Assembly: GCA_964645775.1 (NCBI GenBank)
Contig: CAZYBU010000001.1
Coordinates: 115,639-179,638 of the forward strand
Length of the DNA: 64,000 nucleotides
Origin: an uncultured Leptospirales bacterium
Lineage (GTDB): Bacteria; Spirochaetota; UBA4802; UBA5550
Reading direction: 5' to 3'
Shown here: piece by piece, positions 49,801 to 58,515 of the stretch
Numbering within the stretch: position 1 is the stretch's first letter
How the letters are laid out: every line of letters begins with the position of its first letter
Notes under the pieces: generated by a model
The model's database searches: none
What the model was told of the DNA's origin: nothing
Seen by the model: only the letters and a program-made list of their open reading frames with translations
Program-made: the position numbers and the translations under genes

Positions 49801-50154
49801 CCTGGTGATATCCTGGTTGTAAGCGACCGGGGAAAATCGATGCTGTCGAAATCACGTATCACATATAACCGGTCTGTTATAGGAGTTGTTTCTGACACTC
49901 CGGCTGTTATTCTTAATGGTGCACCTGAGGGGAAGGTATATGCCGTTGCCCTCGCCGGTAAGGTGATGTGTAAAGTGGATGCCCGGAACAAACCCATACG
50001 GCCTGGAGATTTCATTGTCACATCGGACACTCCCGGCTGCGGGATGAGCGGAAAAATCGATTCTTTTGATAAAATAGGCACTGTCCTGGGCAAGGCCCTG
50101 GATGGGCTGGAGGAGGGGCTGGGGACCATCCCTCTTTTTATTCAGCCTATGTAA
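46822..50154 (+). CDS. giant repeat protein with 2x discoidin (F5/8 type C)-like domains, 16 tandem 32-aa repeats and a unique C-terminal domain
   Basis: 1110 aa. No signal peptide. The region from aa 30 to about 290 shows two galactose-binding-like modules. 16 x G[IV]V[ER]LAxDGE...VQGNDRRLRDAT repeats. 300-aa Gly-rich C-terminal domain. Confidence 0.8.
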   Translation: MNYINVSHSRRYSGTISGRSSEIQDRFPASNILEEDGFWSTQVRESPISEYVIIDYGEDVFIDYVEIHPVTEQPSGFPSYFHLECSDDTSVWRILLTEKEYNTDGTPYRVDLPLTRTRYVKFAAPRSCEMEKKFQIRVARIEAGISGILELDATSSEQEHDVKNLLSDNNRETWLSSPKSNPSRETLNIDLGDVYGVNRIILESSLKGFPANITIETSAGEDVWTILHDEKGFLAESFKKYYWEEGVIQARFIRVEMSTTPFFENRHQVQLASLEICAAHLEENHSHNIGELTTHASVFMPGMVRLARDGEETMGTAVQANDRRLRDATELFKGIVRFAEEGESEPLVALQSSDPRVQPATGEQYGIVRLAFDRETKPGSVIQGSDSRLQHATPDNFGIVRICPNGEYMESGVITGNDCRLQKATTDEPGISRIAKNGESSHDAVVSSTDRRLSHAGTTSYGIVILAGDGEENEGKVIQANDRRLKDATTLAPGIVELAEDGEESPGTVVQGNDRRLRDATTESKGIVELAEDGEEKNGTAVQGNDRRLRNATTESKGIVELAENGEKNPGVAVQGNDRRLEDATIISTGIVRLASDGEEAEGSAVQGNDRRLREATTISTGIVRLASDGEEAEGSAVQGNDRRLRDATTESKGIVELAGDGEDKPGTAVQGNDHRLKEATTVSTGIVRLALNGEETEGAAVQGNDSRLRDATTESKGIVELAGDGEDKPGTAVQGSDRRLRDSSTTSKGIVELAEDGESVPGVVVQGNDSRLRIGTEEYPGILRVAPAGVSREGLVVQSNDPRLVDSREPLPHEHEYAPLHHRLEDHEGILAVDDSRAMKFMDVNPPLSDSSVIYGKNKSEGTGAIGITGTVRPGNGKKSTAYGVVGDSLHIGVRGQATGDSDSRGCGVAGLARSGHGGAFLSEHGYSLMVDGYGRETNSLDETINLKGDGKALYVDGASFFKGQATFQFSRDEATGNLVEFFEVDDEEYISPGDILVVSDRGKSMLSKSRITYNRSVIGVVSDTPAVILNGAPEGKVYAVALAGKVMCKVDARNKPIRPGDFIVTSDTPGCGMSGKIDSFDKIGTVLGKALDGLEEGLGTIPLFIQPM
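47725..49260 (+). repeat. in-frame tandem array of 16 x 96-bp units
   Basis: Exact period of 96 nt. Units 10/11 (48589-48780) and 12/14 are nearly identical at the nucleotide level. Confidence 0.85.
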
Positions 50155-50156
50155 TG

Positions 50157-50768
50157 TCAGGGTGAGAGGTTATTCAGGACCTCTATCTCATCCCGGTTGA
50201 AGACTTTGTCCTGGTATTCATTCAACTCTTTTGATATTTCCTGGCTGATATAGGTTATTCTACGGGAATAAGGATTATCTTCATATTGGTTAACCCAGAG
50301 GATGATGATGGTCTTTTCGGATGTCCATGCTATGGACCCCTGCATATCTTTAATGGATTCCATGTTAGCGGGACCAAATTTTTCTTCCAGTTTACTTTTT
50401 ACGTCTTTGTAATCAAGATAGGGGAATGAGAGAGCTACATAAAAAAGGCGGCTTTCCCCTTTAGATTCCTCATCTTCAGCAGAGGGATCCCCGGCAGGAG
50501 TCTCTTTTTCCGTTGATGGGAGCTTTGATGGATCAAGATATAAAAAGCCATAATAATACGTAATGGAGCCATCTCTGGATATGATGACCCGTTTATCATC
50601 CGTATATACAATTTTTCCCTTGATAGTATCCTTCGCGTCCTTCATGGATGTCCCCCATGTCATCTCCCCGTATCCTTCAGGAAGGGCCTTTCGGTTTTCC
50701 TGAGAAAAGATGACAGAAGCGACTAAAAGGACAGAAAGGATGATCGTTATTTGTTTCATTCTTCTCAC
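50157..50768 (-). CDS. secreted protein, unknown function
   Basis: 203 aa. Signal peptide MKQITIILSVLLVASVIFS. Confidence 0.5.
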   Translation of the reverse strand: MRRMKQITIILSVLLVASVIFSQENRKALPEGYGEMTWGTSMKDAKDTIKGKIVYTDDKRVIISRDGSITYYYGFLYLDPSKLPSTEKETPAGDPSAEDEESKGESRLFYVALSFPYLDYKDVKSKLEEKFGPANMESIKDMQGSIAWTSEKTIIILWVNQYEDNPYSRRITYISQEISKELNEYQDKVFNRDEIEVLNNLSP

Positions 50769-50895
50769 CCGGCAAACATGTTTTTTGCGTTTCTGCTACA
50801 AGAATTACGGTTACTCCAATTATCGGCAGCGGCTCTTCATCTCCATAGGATGAATATTCTGTTTGACAGTATTAAGTAGATTGCAGTAACAGACA

Positions 50896-51585
50896 ATGAT
50901 GTTTTTCAGGATTAACATATCACTATTTCTACTCTTCTTCCTTGTCCTCTCTACATTTTCCTGTGCCGGTGCCAAGGTTATGGAACGCAGGGACAATCTG
51001 GGCAGGACCGTGAGGATCAGTTACTATGAACGGGGTGATCTCAAGCATGTTGAAGAGATCAAATATGTAGATAACTCCTTCAATCCCAGGAAAGTGGAAT
51101 ACCGTTATTTTAACGGTTCCAGGTGGGTGGTTCGGAAGGAGGAACGGTATTATTACCGGGATAATAATCTCTTCAGACTGGCCTTTTTTGTGCATAAAAA
51201 AGAAGAAATTGAACAAACGGGCTCTATTGTTTACAGATATAGCGGTACAAAACCCCTGAGGATTGAGTATTACAAGAATGGGCCGGGAGGTGATTACCTG
51301 ATGGCCCTGGACCAGTACACATACAAAGGCAGGGATATTGTACAGCGCAGGCTGATTGAGTACAAGATTAATCCGGAAACCGGCAAGAGAATGCAGGTGG
51401 GTCAATATGTCATCCATTATGAAAAGGGCGAACCGAATATGATACGCTCATGGGTGCTAAATAAAAAAACCCAAAAAATAATTGAAAAAAAAGAAGAGCG
51501 GAAGCAGGAAGTTAAGGAAACAATCCAGAAACTTGAAGAACGATTTCTTCATGCCTGTAAGGGTCCTGAATTCACTGCCATTTAA
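50896..51585 (+). CDS. secreted/lipoprotein with Y-rich short repeats, unknown function
   Basis: 229 aa. N-terminal signal peptide. Repeated YxxG/RxEYY segments. Confidence 0.5.
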   Translation: MMFFRINISLFLLFFLVLSTFSCAGAKVMERRDNLGRTVRISYYERGDLKHVEEIKYVDNSFNPRKVEYRYFNGSRWVVRKEERYYYRDNNLFRLAFFVHKKEEIEQTGSIVYRYSGTKPLRIEYYKNGPGGDYLMALDQYTYKGRDIVQRRLIEYKINPETGKRMQVGQYVIHYEKGEPNMIRSWVLNKKTQKIIEKKEERKQEVKETIQKLEERFLHACKGPEFTAI

Positions 51586-51600
51586 TCAAGGGAGGAACTG

Positions 51601-51918
<318 letters not shown>

Positions 51919-51921
51919 GTT

Positions 51922-52368
51922 ATGAGAGCCCTTATTCAAAGGGTTAGCCGTGCTTCAGTCAGGGTGGATTCTCATACGGTTTCCGCTATTGATGATGGCC
52001 TCTGTGTCCTCCTCGGCATCCATCAACAGGATACCCACGAGGACTCCGATTATGTTATCCGGAAACTTCTTTCCCTTCGTCTCTTCTCTTCACCCAAAGG
52101 TGAGATGACTCTCTCTGTGACAGAAGCCGGCTGTCAGCTGCTCCTTATCTCGCAGTTTACCCTCTATGGTGATACAAGAAAGGGTACCCGTCCATCCTGG
52201 TCTGAGGCCATGCCTCCAGATGAAGCCCGGAAGATGTATGAAGAATTTGCCCGCAGGTTACGGGAATGCTACCCCTATGTAAAAGAAGGAGTCTTCGGCG
52301 CCTCAATGGATCTGGAGATATGCAACAGGGGACCGGTCACTCTGCTGATAGAGTCAAAGAAAAGCTGA
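51922..52368 (+). CDS. dtd: D-aminoacyl-tRNA deacylase
   Basis: 148 aa. MRALIQRV...LLG... N-terminus and overall length typical of Dtd. Confidence 0.85.
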   Translation: MRALIQRVSRASVRVDSHTVSAIDDGLCVLLGIHQQDTHEDSDYVIRKLLSLRLFSSPKGEMTLSVTEAGCQLLLISQFTLYGDTRKGTRPSWSEAMPPDEARKMYEEFARRLRECYPYVKEGVFGASMDLEICNRGPVTLLIESKKS

Positions 52369-52371
52369 GTA

Positions 52372-53451
52372 TTATCCGTCTATTCCGGTCATGCTGAATG
52401 AATACATGAGAAACCTGCGCGTGTTGGATGAACTCTCAAATGTCTCAGAAGTTTCATTTATTCTCCCTGACATAAGGTGAAGGGTATCTTTCGAAAGTTC
52501 CCTGAGGTTTCGCTGAAGGGTTTCGAAAAACGCTGGGGGCAGAAAATCGAGTACCTTCATGAAATCGTTACAGAGGGAATGACTTTCAAGGAGAGTGTCC
52601 AGCCAGGATGGAGCAAGTGAGAAAATAATTTTCTCAATGGATGAATAAAACAATTCATCTGAGTTCGAGTTTATTCGATTATAGATTCCAGCAGTTTTGA
52701 GAAACCATCTGAGAACCATTTCCTTCCGCAACTGGCGCGTTTCATGCTCCAGCAGTAGCAGAGAAAAAAGGGCCTGGTAGCTGTTTGATGGAAGAGGATT
52801 CTTTTCCAGGGCGGAAAGAGAGAAAGAATTGGCATAATCGATCAGTTCGCAGAAAAGAAGGTCCTGGTTTTTTTTACAGATTATGCTTCTGCCTGCCAGG
52901 ATGAGGCCGGCGCAGGCAATGACTTTGAGGTCGGGATAGTAGTTTCCCCGCGTTACATTGTGGAAAAATGGAAGGGTCTCTTCATGGATCGGAGAGTAGA
53001 GCAGAACTTTCATGAAAAGGGAATTTCCGTCCCGCTCCACATTTTCGATCAGGGTCTCCGTAAAGTTCCATAAACCGAGTTCACGTATTATTGAAGTGTC
53101 ATCAACCAGGATTTGGTCCATCTTCAGCATCTCAACGTATTTATCCCTGTCCGTGTAATACAATGAATAGTGGTAAAGCCTGTTAAAGAGGTCGCGGTAC
53201 ACGTAGTGGCGGATCGGGTCGTCAGGGTCATCCCGCTGAGATGTCTCAAATACGATCTGGTCCAGGATATGTAGAAAACCCAGGTCGATAAGGCATGAAG
53301 ATGAAACATCCCTGTTCTCTTCCACTGTGCGGGAAAGGAGGAAAGAGAGTTGCATGAGTCCCTCCCGGTGACTTCCGTTCTTTTCAAGCCTCTTTCTGCA
53401 AATCGAGGCGATTTCTTTACATCTGTCATGAAGCTGATTTCGATTATTCAT
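52372..53451 (-). CDS. hypothetical all-alpha protein
   Basis: 359-aa ORF with no recognisable motif. Convergent with dtd. Confidence 0.45.
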   Translation of the reverse strand: MNNRNQLHDRCKEIASICRKRLEKNGSHREGLMQLSFLLSRTVEENRDVSSSCLIDLGFLHILDQIVFETSQRDDPDDPIRHYVYRDLFNRLYHYSLYYTDRDKYVEMLKMDQILVDDTSIIRELGLWNFTETLIENVERDGNSLFMKVLLYSPIHEETLPFFHNVTRGNYYPDLKVIACAGLILAGRSIICKKNQDLLFCELIDYANSFSLSALEKNPLPSNSYQALFSLLLLEHETRQLRKEMVLRWFLKTAGIYNRINSNSDELFYSSIEKIIFSLAPSWLDTLLESHSLCNDFMKVLDFLPPAFFETLQRNLRELSKDTLHLMSGRINETSETFESSSNTRRFLMYSFSMTGIDG

Positions 53452-53536
53452 ACTCTTTCCCCTGTTTCAAATCAATTGGGGTGGGACCGCTGTCGAGTTT
53501 TTTTTCCAAAAAAGTGTAATCGGACGTGTACCATGT

Positions 53537-54547
53537 ATGAAGGAGATTCAGTCAATACTGATCGGCGCGGTCCTGCTCCTGGTACTTTTTCAGGCGGAAT
53601 CCCATGGTGCACTTGTTATAAGTGAATTCACCACATCCGCTTCCTCTGATTGGGTCGAGGTCCAGCTTCGGGGAGAGGAGGCAATGGATATATCCCCGCT
53701 TCTGGTTACCATGTATTACGGATCCAACGAATCCCTGGCAGATGAGCCGGTCACCCTGAGAGGAAGTGACCTTCCGGATACACCCTGGAATGACCGGTAT
53801 GCGGTGATACATTTCACCGATGTCGGAGAGGATGAGACCGATTCAGCGGGAGATATTAACGGTAACGGGATCAGGGACATCTATTGTCAGAACTATTCCG
53901 GGACCCTCTGGAATACGGATGGAATCGTTGCGATAGATTCGGACGATGATCCTGAGAATGGCGGCATCCTGGATATGGTAGCGTACAGTCACCATGACGG
54001 CGGTTATCACTCAACGATTTTGGGATACATCGAGGCTGGTATTGATCAGGGTCAGTGGATGCCGGACCGCGAGGGTGGACCGGGTTGTTTTGACATCGGA
54101 GAAAATGGACTTAAGTCCCACATGTCCGTTTCAAGGAAGGAGGGAGAGGACAGCAACAGCGCCGATGATTTTCAGGTGACCCCCTACCAGACCCCGGGCC
54201 GGCCGAATATCTTTCCATCAAAAAAGAATAGGTTTCCCCTGATCCAGCTTTCCGGAACCGGAAAGAAAATACTCCTGGGCGGTTCCAGTAAAAATGACAG
54301 GGCGAATATCCGTCTTCTTGTTCACGAGAACTGTCGTGTCTCTTTTCAGGTCTTCTCTGTCTCCGGATTGTCGGTATCCTCCAGGCAGGTGCTGGAAGAG
54401 TGTTATCCCGGCATCCACGAGATCTCATGGAAACCACCGGCACGGCTTGTCACCGGTCTTTACCTGGGTCTAATCGAGGCAACTTCCAGGGGGAGTGGCC
54501 GCTACAGCAGGATGGTGATCTATTTGATCATCTCCAGGGGGCGCTGA
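53537..54547 (+). CDS. secreted lamin-tail-domain (LTD)-like protein with T9SS/FlgD-Ig-like C-terminal domain
   Basis: Signal peptide. LTD-like start ALVISEFTTSASSDWVEVQL. C-terminal beta-sandwich ...RVSFQVFSVSGLSVSSRQVL...GLYLGLIEA...RMVIYLI resembles por-secretion CTD. Confidence 0.5.
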   Translation: MKEIQSILIGAVLLLVLFQAESHGALVISEFTTSASSDWVEVQLRGEEAMDISPLLVTMYYGSNESLADEPVTLRGSDLPDTPWNDRYAVIHFTDVGEDETDSAGDINGNGIRDIYCQNYSGTLWNTDGIVAIDSDDDPENGGILDMVAYSHHDGGYHSTILGYIEAGIDQGQWMPDREGGPGCFDIGENGLKSHMSVSRKEGEDSNSADDFQVTPYQTPGRPNIFPSKKNRFPLIQLSGTGKKILLGGSSKNDRANIRLLVHENCRVSFQVFSVSGLSVSSRQVLEECYPGIHEISWKPPARLVTGLYLGLIEATSRGSGRYSRMVIYLIISRGR

Positions 54548-55806
54548 TGAATGTAATCGTGATCATTGCCCTTTCAGCCCATCTTGCGCAGGCCTTCTCC
54601 TATGGTACGGTTTCCGCGGAATCTCCCTACCCCTTTGCCAGGGCCCGGGAGCTGGCCCACGGCATGATGGTAACGGACAATCCCGCCCGGCTAAATGGGA
54701 GGCGGGGACTCTGGTTAACGGGTTCGGCCACCCGTCCCTATTCCCTTCCGGAACTGGGAGCCACGGTTACCGGCGCCGGTTACACTTCTGAAAACTGGTC
54801 CACTTCCCTGGGCTGGACCCATTTTGGTCTTGAAGGATACAGGGAGCATTCTCTGGGGCTTACTCTTGCCTGGCGCCCTTTTCCTCTGCTCAGGATAGGG
54901 GTCCGCGGGACCTGGTATCACCTTGATATGGACATCGACTCCCATACGATGAATGGAGGGGACCTGGATCTGGGGATTGAGGTGGTTCCCCTGGAGTGGC
55001 TGGTTCTATCGGGGAGAGTAAGCAATCTGCTTTCCCTGACCCGAAGGGGCGGCGAGAACTGGATACCGGGCGAATGGTCCGTGGGGGCCTCAGTCCATCC
55101 CTTCCGGGGCAGTGCTATCTCCTGGAACGGGAGCGAAACGATCTACGGATTCATTAACAGTCTGGAGGTCCGCCTCGATATTCTGCGTGAGTTATCCATT
55201 GCCGCGGGATACGCACGTGAAACGGAGACCTTTACAGCGTCCGCGACCCTTATGCTTCCCTTCCTGGCTGTTTCCTATGGGACATCCTACCATACGAGCC
55301 TGGGCTACACACATCTCTTTTCCATGGAACTGAGCCAAAAACGAAGCAGTGTGGAACCTCTAATTCATGGAAGAAGAGAAAAAAGGAAGAGTAAAGATCC
55401 GAAACCGAATATTCAAAAGGCGAACGCGGAAGTTCTTGGCCGGGTAAGAGGCATATCGCCTGAGCTGGCGGAGCGGATCGTTATCTACAGGGAGAGCATC
55501 GGTCCTGTAACGGAGAAGGCCCTGGTGCAGCTCGGTCTAACGGAAGGAGAACTCAGGGATCTCAGGAATCGCATCACTGGACTGGAAAAGACAAAATCAG
55601 ACTGGAGAAAAAAGAAATTCCAGAAACGTAAAGGAAGGAGGATTCTTGCGGCCGATCTCTTTAACCGGCTCGTGGGGGCCGGAGTACAACCGGCCGATGC
55701 CCTTAAAGTTGTCCGCGCCATGCCAGGAGGAGATGTTCGGGTTATTCTTGAATCTTACCCTGATGCTGTGCGTGAAGAGGCGGTACGGCTGTGTGGCGGT
55801 GGTTAG
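54547..55806 (+). CDS. putative outer-membrane beta-barrel protein with C-terminal ComEA-like helix-hairpin-helix DNA-binding module
   Basis: Start at MNVIVIIALSAHLAQA (TGATG overlap with the upstream stop). About 280 aa of amphipathic beta-strands. ...ANAEVLGRVRGISPELAERIVIYRESIGP... matches the ComEA HhH. Confidence 0.5.
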   Translation: MNVIVIIALSAHLAQAFSYGTVSAESPYPFARARELAHGMMVTDNPARLNGRRGLWLTGSATRPYSLPELGATVTGAGYTSENWSTSLGWTHFGLEGYREHSLGLTLAWRPFPLLRIGVRGTWYHLDMDIDSHTMNGGDLDLGIEVVPLEWLVLSGRVSNLLSLTRRGGENWIPGEWSVGASVHPFRGSAISWNGSETIYGFINSLEVRLDILRELSIAAGYARETETFTASATLMLPFLAVSYGTSYHTSLGYTHLFSMELSQKRSSVEPLIHGRREKRKSKDPKPNIQKANAEVLGRVRGISPELAERIVIYRESIGPVTEKALVQLGLTEGELRDLRNRITGLEKTKSDWRKKKFQKRKGRRILAADLFNRLVGAGVQPADALKVVRAMPGGDVRVILESYPDAVREEAVRLCGGG

Positions 55807-57338
55807 TTCTCTGGACTCTGGTTGTCCTCCTCTTCCCCATAAAGGCCTGGGCAGACAGGAAAGAGGATTTCCGTCTCTCTCTCTATGGAGGATATACCAT
55901 GGAAAGAGAGGAGGAGAGCCCCGTTCTTGTCATGGGAGGCAGAAGTCGTTACAGTGACGGAAGGGGGCTCCAGGCCTCCCTGGCTTTAAAGCACTATCCC
56001 GGGGAGAGGACTTCTTCCACCTCTACGCTGTTGCTTGAACGTGAAAGGGGAGGCATCGCCGCAGGTAATTACCATCTCCATATAGGGACCGGGCTCTATG
56101 TGGGAAAACGTTCTTTTTATGTGTCATCACCCTACGATTTGATGCCGGCAGTTAGCCGTGAGATGAAACTCAAGGCCGACACCTCCGGTACAGGTGATTA
56201 TTCTCTGCGTGGAGCCGCTCTCTACTTCAACCCCGGAAAGAATGTTCGGATCGGAGCCTGGTATTCCAATCGGTTACGGTACGCGGATTTGACCGAAAGA
56301 CGAATAGAAACTACCCTGGAGACCCTGGACGGTTACCCTTACCCACAGGGGGATCGGAGGGATTCCGTAGTCCGTCATGACCAGGGTATATTTATTTCAT
56401 TCACCGGCAAACATGTATGCCTGGAGTCAACCTTCTCCGTCATGGCACTGGAGAACGACCGTCGCATCCTTACCTGGGGATACAGTGAGATTGACGGAGG
56501 ACCCTGGTCAAAGGACCTCCAGGCGGGAGGCAGCCTCTACGGACGGATAGCCTGGCCCGGGTTCGTTCTTTTCGGGGAAGTGGCCCACAGTCATATCCGG
56601 GGACAGTATGGAAAGAAGAAAACAACAGGGAGAGGCGGTAACGCCATGAGAGCCGGGATAGTCGGAGGAAGTAAAAAAATTTCACTTTCCCTGCTTCTTC
56701 ACAGGGAGGAACCCGATTACCTGGCGCCCCTGTCTGATGGAATTTCCGTCAGAAACAGATGGGAACTGCGGTTTAGACTGAGACCCCTGAAATGGTATTC
56801 TCTGACCCTGCTTGCCGAAACAAAAAGGACCCGTTCACGGGAGGCAGGAGAGCCTGAACCTGCCCGGGCATCGGCGGGGATGACATTTCGATGGAAAAAA
56901 ATGGAGGCTAAAGTTTCCGGTCGTATCGTCTACGGTGGAGTGGAGCCCCTCTCCTGGCAGGTTAAATCCAGCTTCCTCGGGAGAATCGGGAAGAGATGGT
57001 CCCTGGAGGGACGGTCTCTCTACCAGCGTCAGGGAAGCGCCGCCGGGGGAAGCGCTGAGGCTCTCTGTGCCTGGCATCCCCTTACGGTATTATCCCTGGA
57101 TGGCCGCTACCGCTTCCGTTTTGTTAAAGAGGGAAAAGGAGTTTATCTGGGAAGCTACTCAGTGGACCCCTCTCTTTTCCCCCTTGTGTACCGTAACAGG
57201 ACAGGCCATGAGGCTTCAGTGAGAGTATTGTTGAAACAAAAGAATCTGAGATTGGCCCTGAAAGGGGGAATGTCCTTTCTTGCCGACAGGATATCAGAGG
57301 CCCGCATGGATTTCGCGGCTGGATTAAAATTTCCCTGA
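55791..57338 (+). CDS. putative outer-membrane beta-barrel protein
   Basis: 515 aa. Signal peptide MWRWLVLWTLVVLLFPIKAWA. Alternating hydrophobic beta-pattern. C-terminal ...AAGLKFP. Confidence 0.45.
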   Translation: MWRWLVLWTLVVLLFPIKAWADRKEDFRLSLYGGYTMEREEESPVLVMGGRSRYSDGRGLQASLALKHYPGERTSSTSTLLLERERGGIAAGNYHLHIGTGLYVGKRSFYVSSPYDLMPAVSREMKLKADTSGTGDYSLRGAALYFNPGKNVRIGAWYSNRLRYADLTERRIETTLETLDGYPYPQGDRRDSVVRHDQGIFISFTGKHVCLESTFSVMALENDRRILTWGYSEIDGGPWSKDLQAGGSLYGRIAWPGFVLFGEVAHSHIRGQYGKKKTTGRGGNAMRAGIVGGSKKISLSLLLHREEPDYLAPLSDGISVRNRWELRFRLRPLKWYSLTLLAETKRTRSREAGEPEPARASAGMTFRWKKMEAKVSGRIVYGGVEPLSWQVKSSFLGRIGKRWSLEGRSLYQRQGSAAGGSAEALCAWHPLTVLSLDGRYRFRFVKEGKGVYLGSYSVDPSLFPLVYRNRTGHEASVRVLLKQKNLRLALKGGMSFLADRISEARMDFAAGLKFP

Positions 57339-57380
57339 AGGCTTGACGATACTGTACCGTTTTTGTATATTGATCTTCCA

Positions 57381-57735
57381 GGGGACGATCCGGTTTCGAC
57401 TGCAATGATGGATCGTCAGCTGCATGTCGAGCGCGCTGTCATCTCGTAAAAAATGGCAGGCAAAAGATAACTGCAAACGATAATTTTGCACTGGCTGCTT
57501 AAATAGCGGCCACGGAAGCCGGTTGGCTGCTCCTCTGAGTCGCCGGATTTCCGTCATAATCCAGAGGATAGCCGGATGCCCCGCCGTCAGGCTGAAGGCG
57601 AATCTTTAAGGCGGCTTGAGGATGATTACGGTGTCCTGTCCCGGTATCATCCTCGAGATTTAACGACAGGAATAAGCATGTAGACGCTGGCGGAACGTAT
57701 TGCAGGACGCGGGTTCGACTCCCGCCGTCTCCACA
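57381..57735 (+). ncRNA. ssrA: tmRNA (transfer-messenger RNA)
   Basis: 5' GGGGACGATCCGGTTTCGAC... 3' tRNA-like end GGACGCGGGTTCGACTCCCGCCGTCTCCA. Internal tag reading frame GCAAACGATAATTTTGCACTGGCTGCTTAA encodes ANDNFALAA*. Confidence 0.9.
57473..57502 (+). other. tmRNA tag-peptide coding segment (ANDNFALAA, stop TAA)
   Basis: Resume codon GCA at 57473, TAA at 57500-57502. Tag resembles the E. coli ANDENYALAA degradation tag. Confidence 0.8.
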
Positions 57736-57740
57736 TCAGG

Positions 57741-57763
57741 CCCGGTTAAGCCGGGTCTTTTAT
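57741..57763 (+). terminator. intrinsic terminator of ssrA
   Basis: CCCGG-TTAAG-CCGGG hairpin followed by TCTTTTAT. Confidence 0.65.
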
Positions 57764-57868
57764 ATATGTTCAGTATTTATTCATTACCATTATTTGCCAA
57801 AGAACTATATAATCCCAACCGCTTTGTTCGCACGTAAAAGATTCTTTTGGAATAATTTCTGATATGTG

Positions 57869-58510
57869 TTAAAATTTCTTCTGTTCAATGAGGTTAAGCC
57901 TGGCAAGCTGCGTAAAAAGACGGTTGCTGACCCTGTCCAGGTAGTGTTTGCGGGCGCTCTCCCCGTCAAAATCCCGGACCTCGAAGTATGACCTGCTGTG
58001 GTCCATGTAACGGATGTCCAGGTTCGTGTCCATAAAAGCGAGGACAGTATTGAAACTCATAAAACCCATCTGAGGATAGTATCCGCCATCCACCTCGTAA
58101 ATAAAAATACCATCCACTCCCTTTTCATCCATATAGGCTCTGAGCTTTTCACGGTTTCTCTGGACCGTAGTGGTGATCATTCCCAGGGTTTTATACTTTA
58201 AAAAGTCCTTCTCCTCGGATATCTGGTAAAACCTGTCATCGTAGCTGTTGAAACCGGAGAGAGAATTGATCTTGCCGGTGAACATCTTCAGTGTTACCTG
58301 TCCCTCGTATGTGGGCAGCCAGCGGGTAAGGGTCTCTTCATATTTTTCCCGGGGAATCAGAGAGTTCTCATCCAGGCGAAGCAGTAAACCCGCTGTTTCT
58401 ATCGACTCCAGGCTTCTCCTGATGCGCATATCTTCCTTTATTCCGTATCCCCTGCATGAAAGTATTGTCAGGATGGGGATCGTAAGAAAGATAAGAAGAA
58501 AGCGTTTCAT
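57869..58510 (-). CDS. lipoprotein, unknown function
   Basis: 213 aa. Signal peptide with lipobox LTILSC. Confidence 0.5.
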   Translation of the reverse strand: MKRFLLIFLTIPILTILSCRGYGIKEDMRIRRSLESIETAGLLLRLDENSLIPREKYEETLTRWLPTYEGQVTLKMFTGKINSLSGFNSYDDRFYQISEEKDFLKYKTLGMITTTVQRNREKLRAYMDEKGVDGIFIYEVDGGYYPQMGFMSFNTVLAFMDTNLDIRYMDHSRSYFEVRDFDGESARKHYLDRVSNRLFTQLARLNLIEQKKF

Positions 58511-58515
58511 GATTA

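Noticed and set aside
46822-50154. Prophage or tailocin around the tail-fibre-like giant gene
   Set aside because: Flanking genes are cca, an alpha/beta hydrolase, trxA and dtd. No capsid, terminase, sheath, baseplate or integrase genes are visible.
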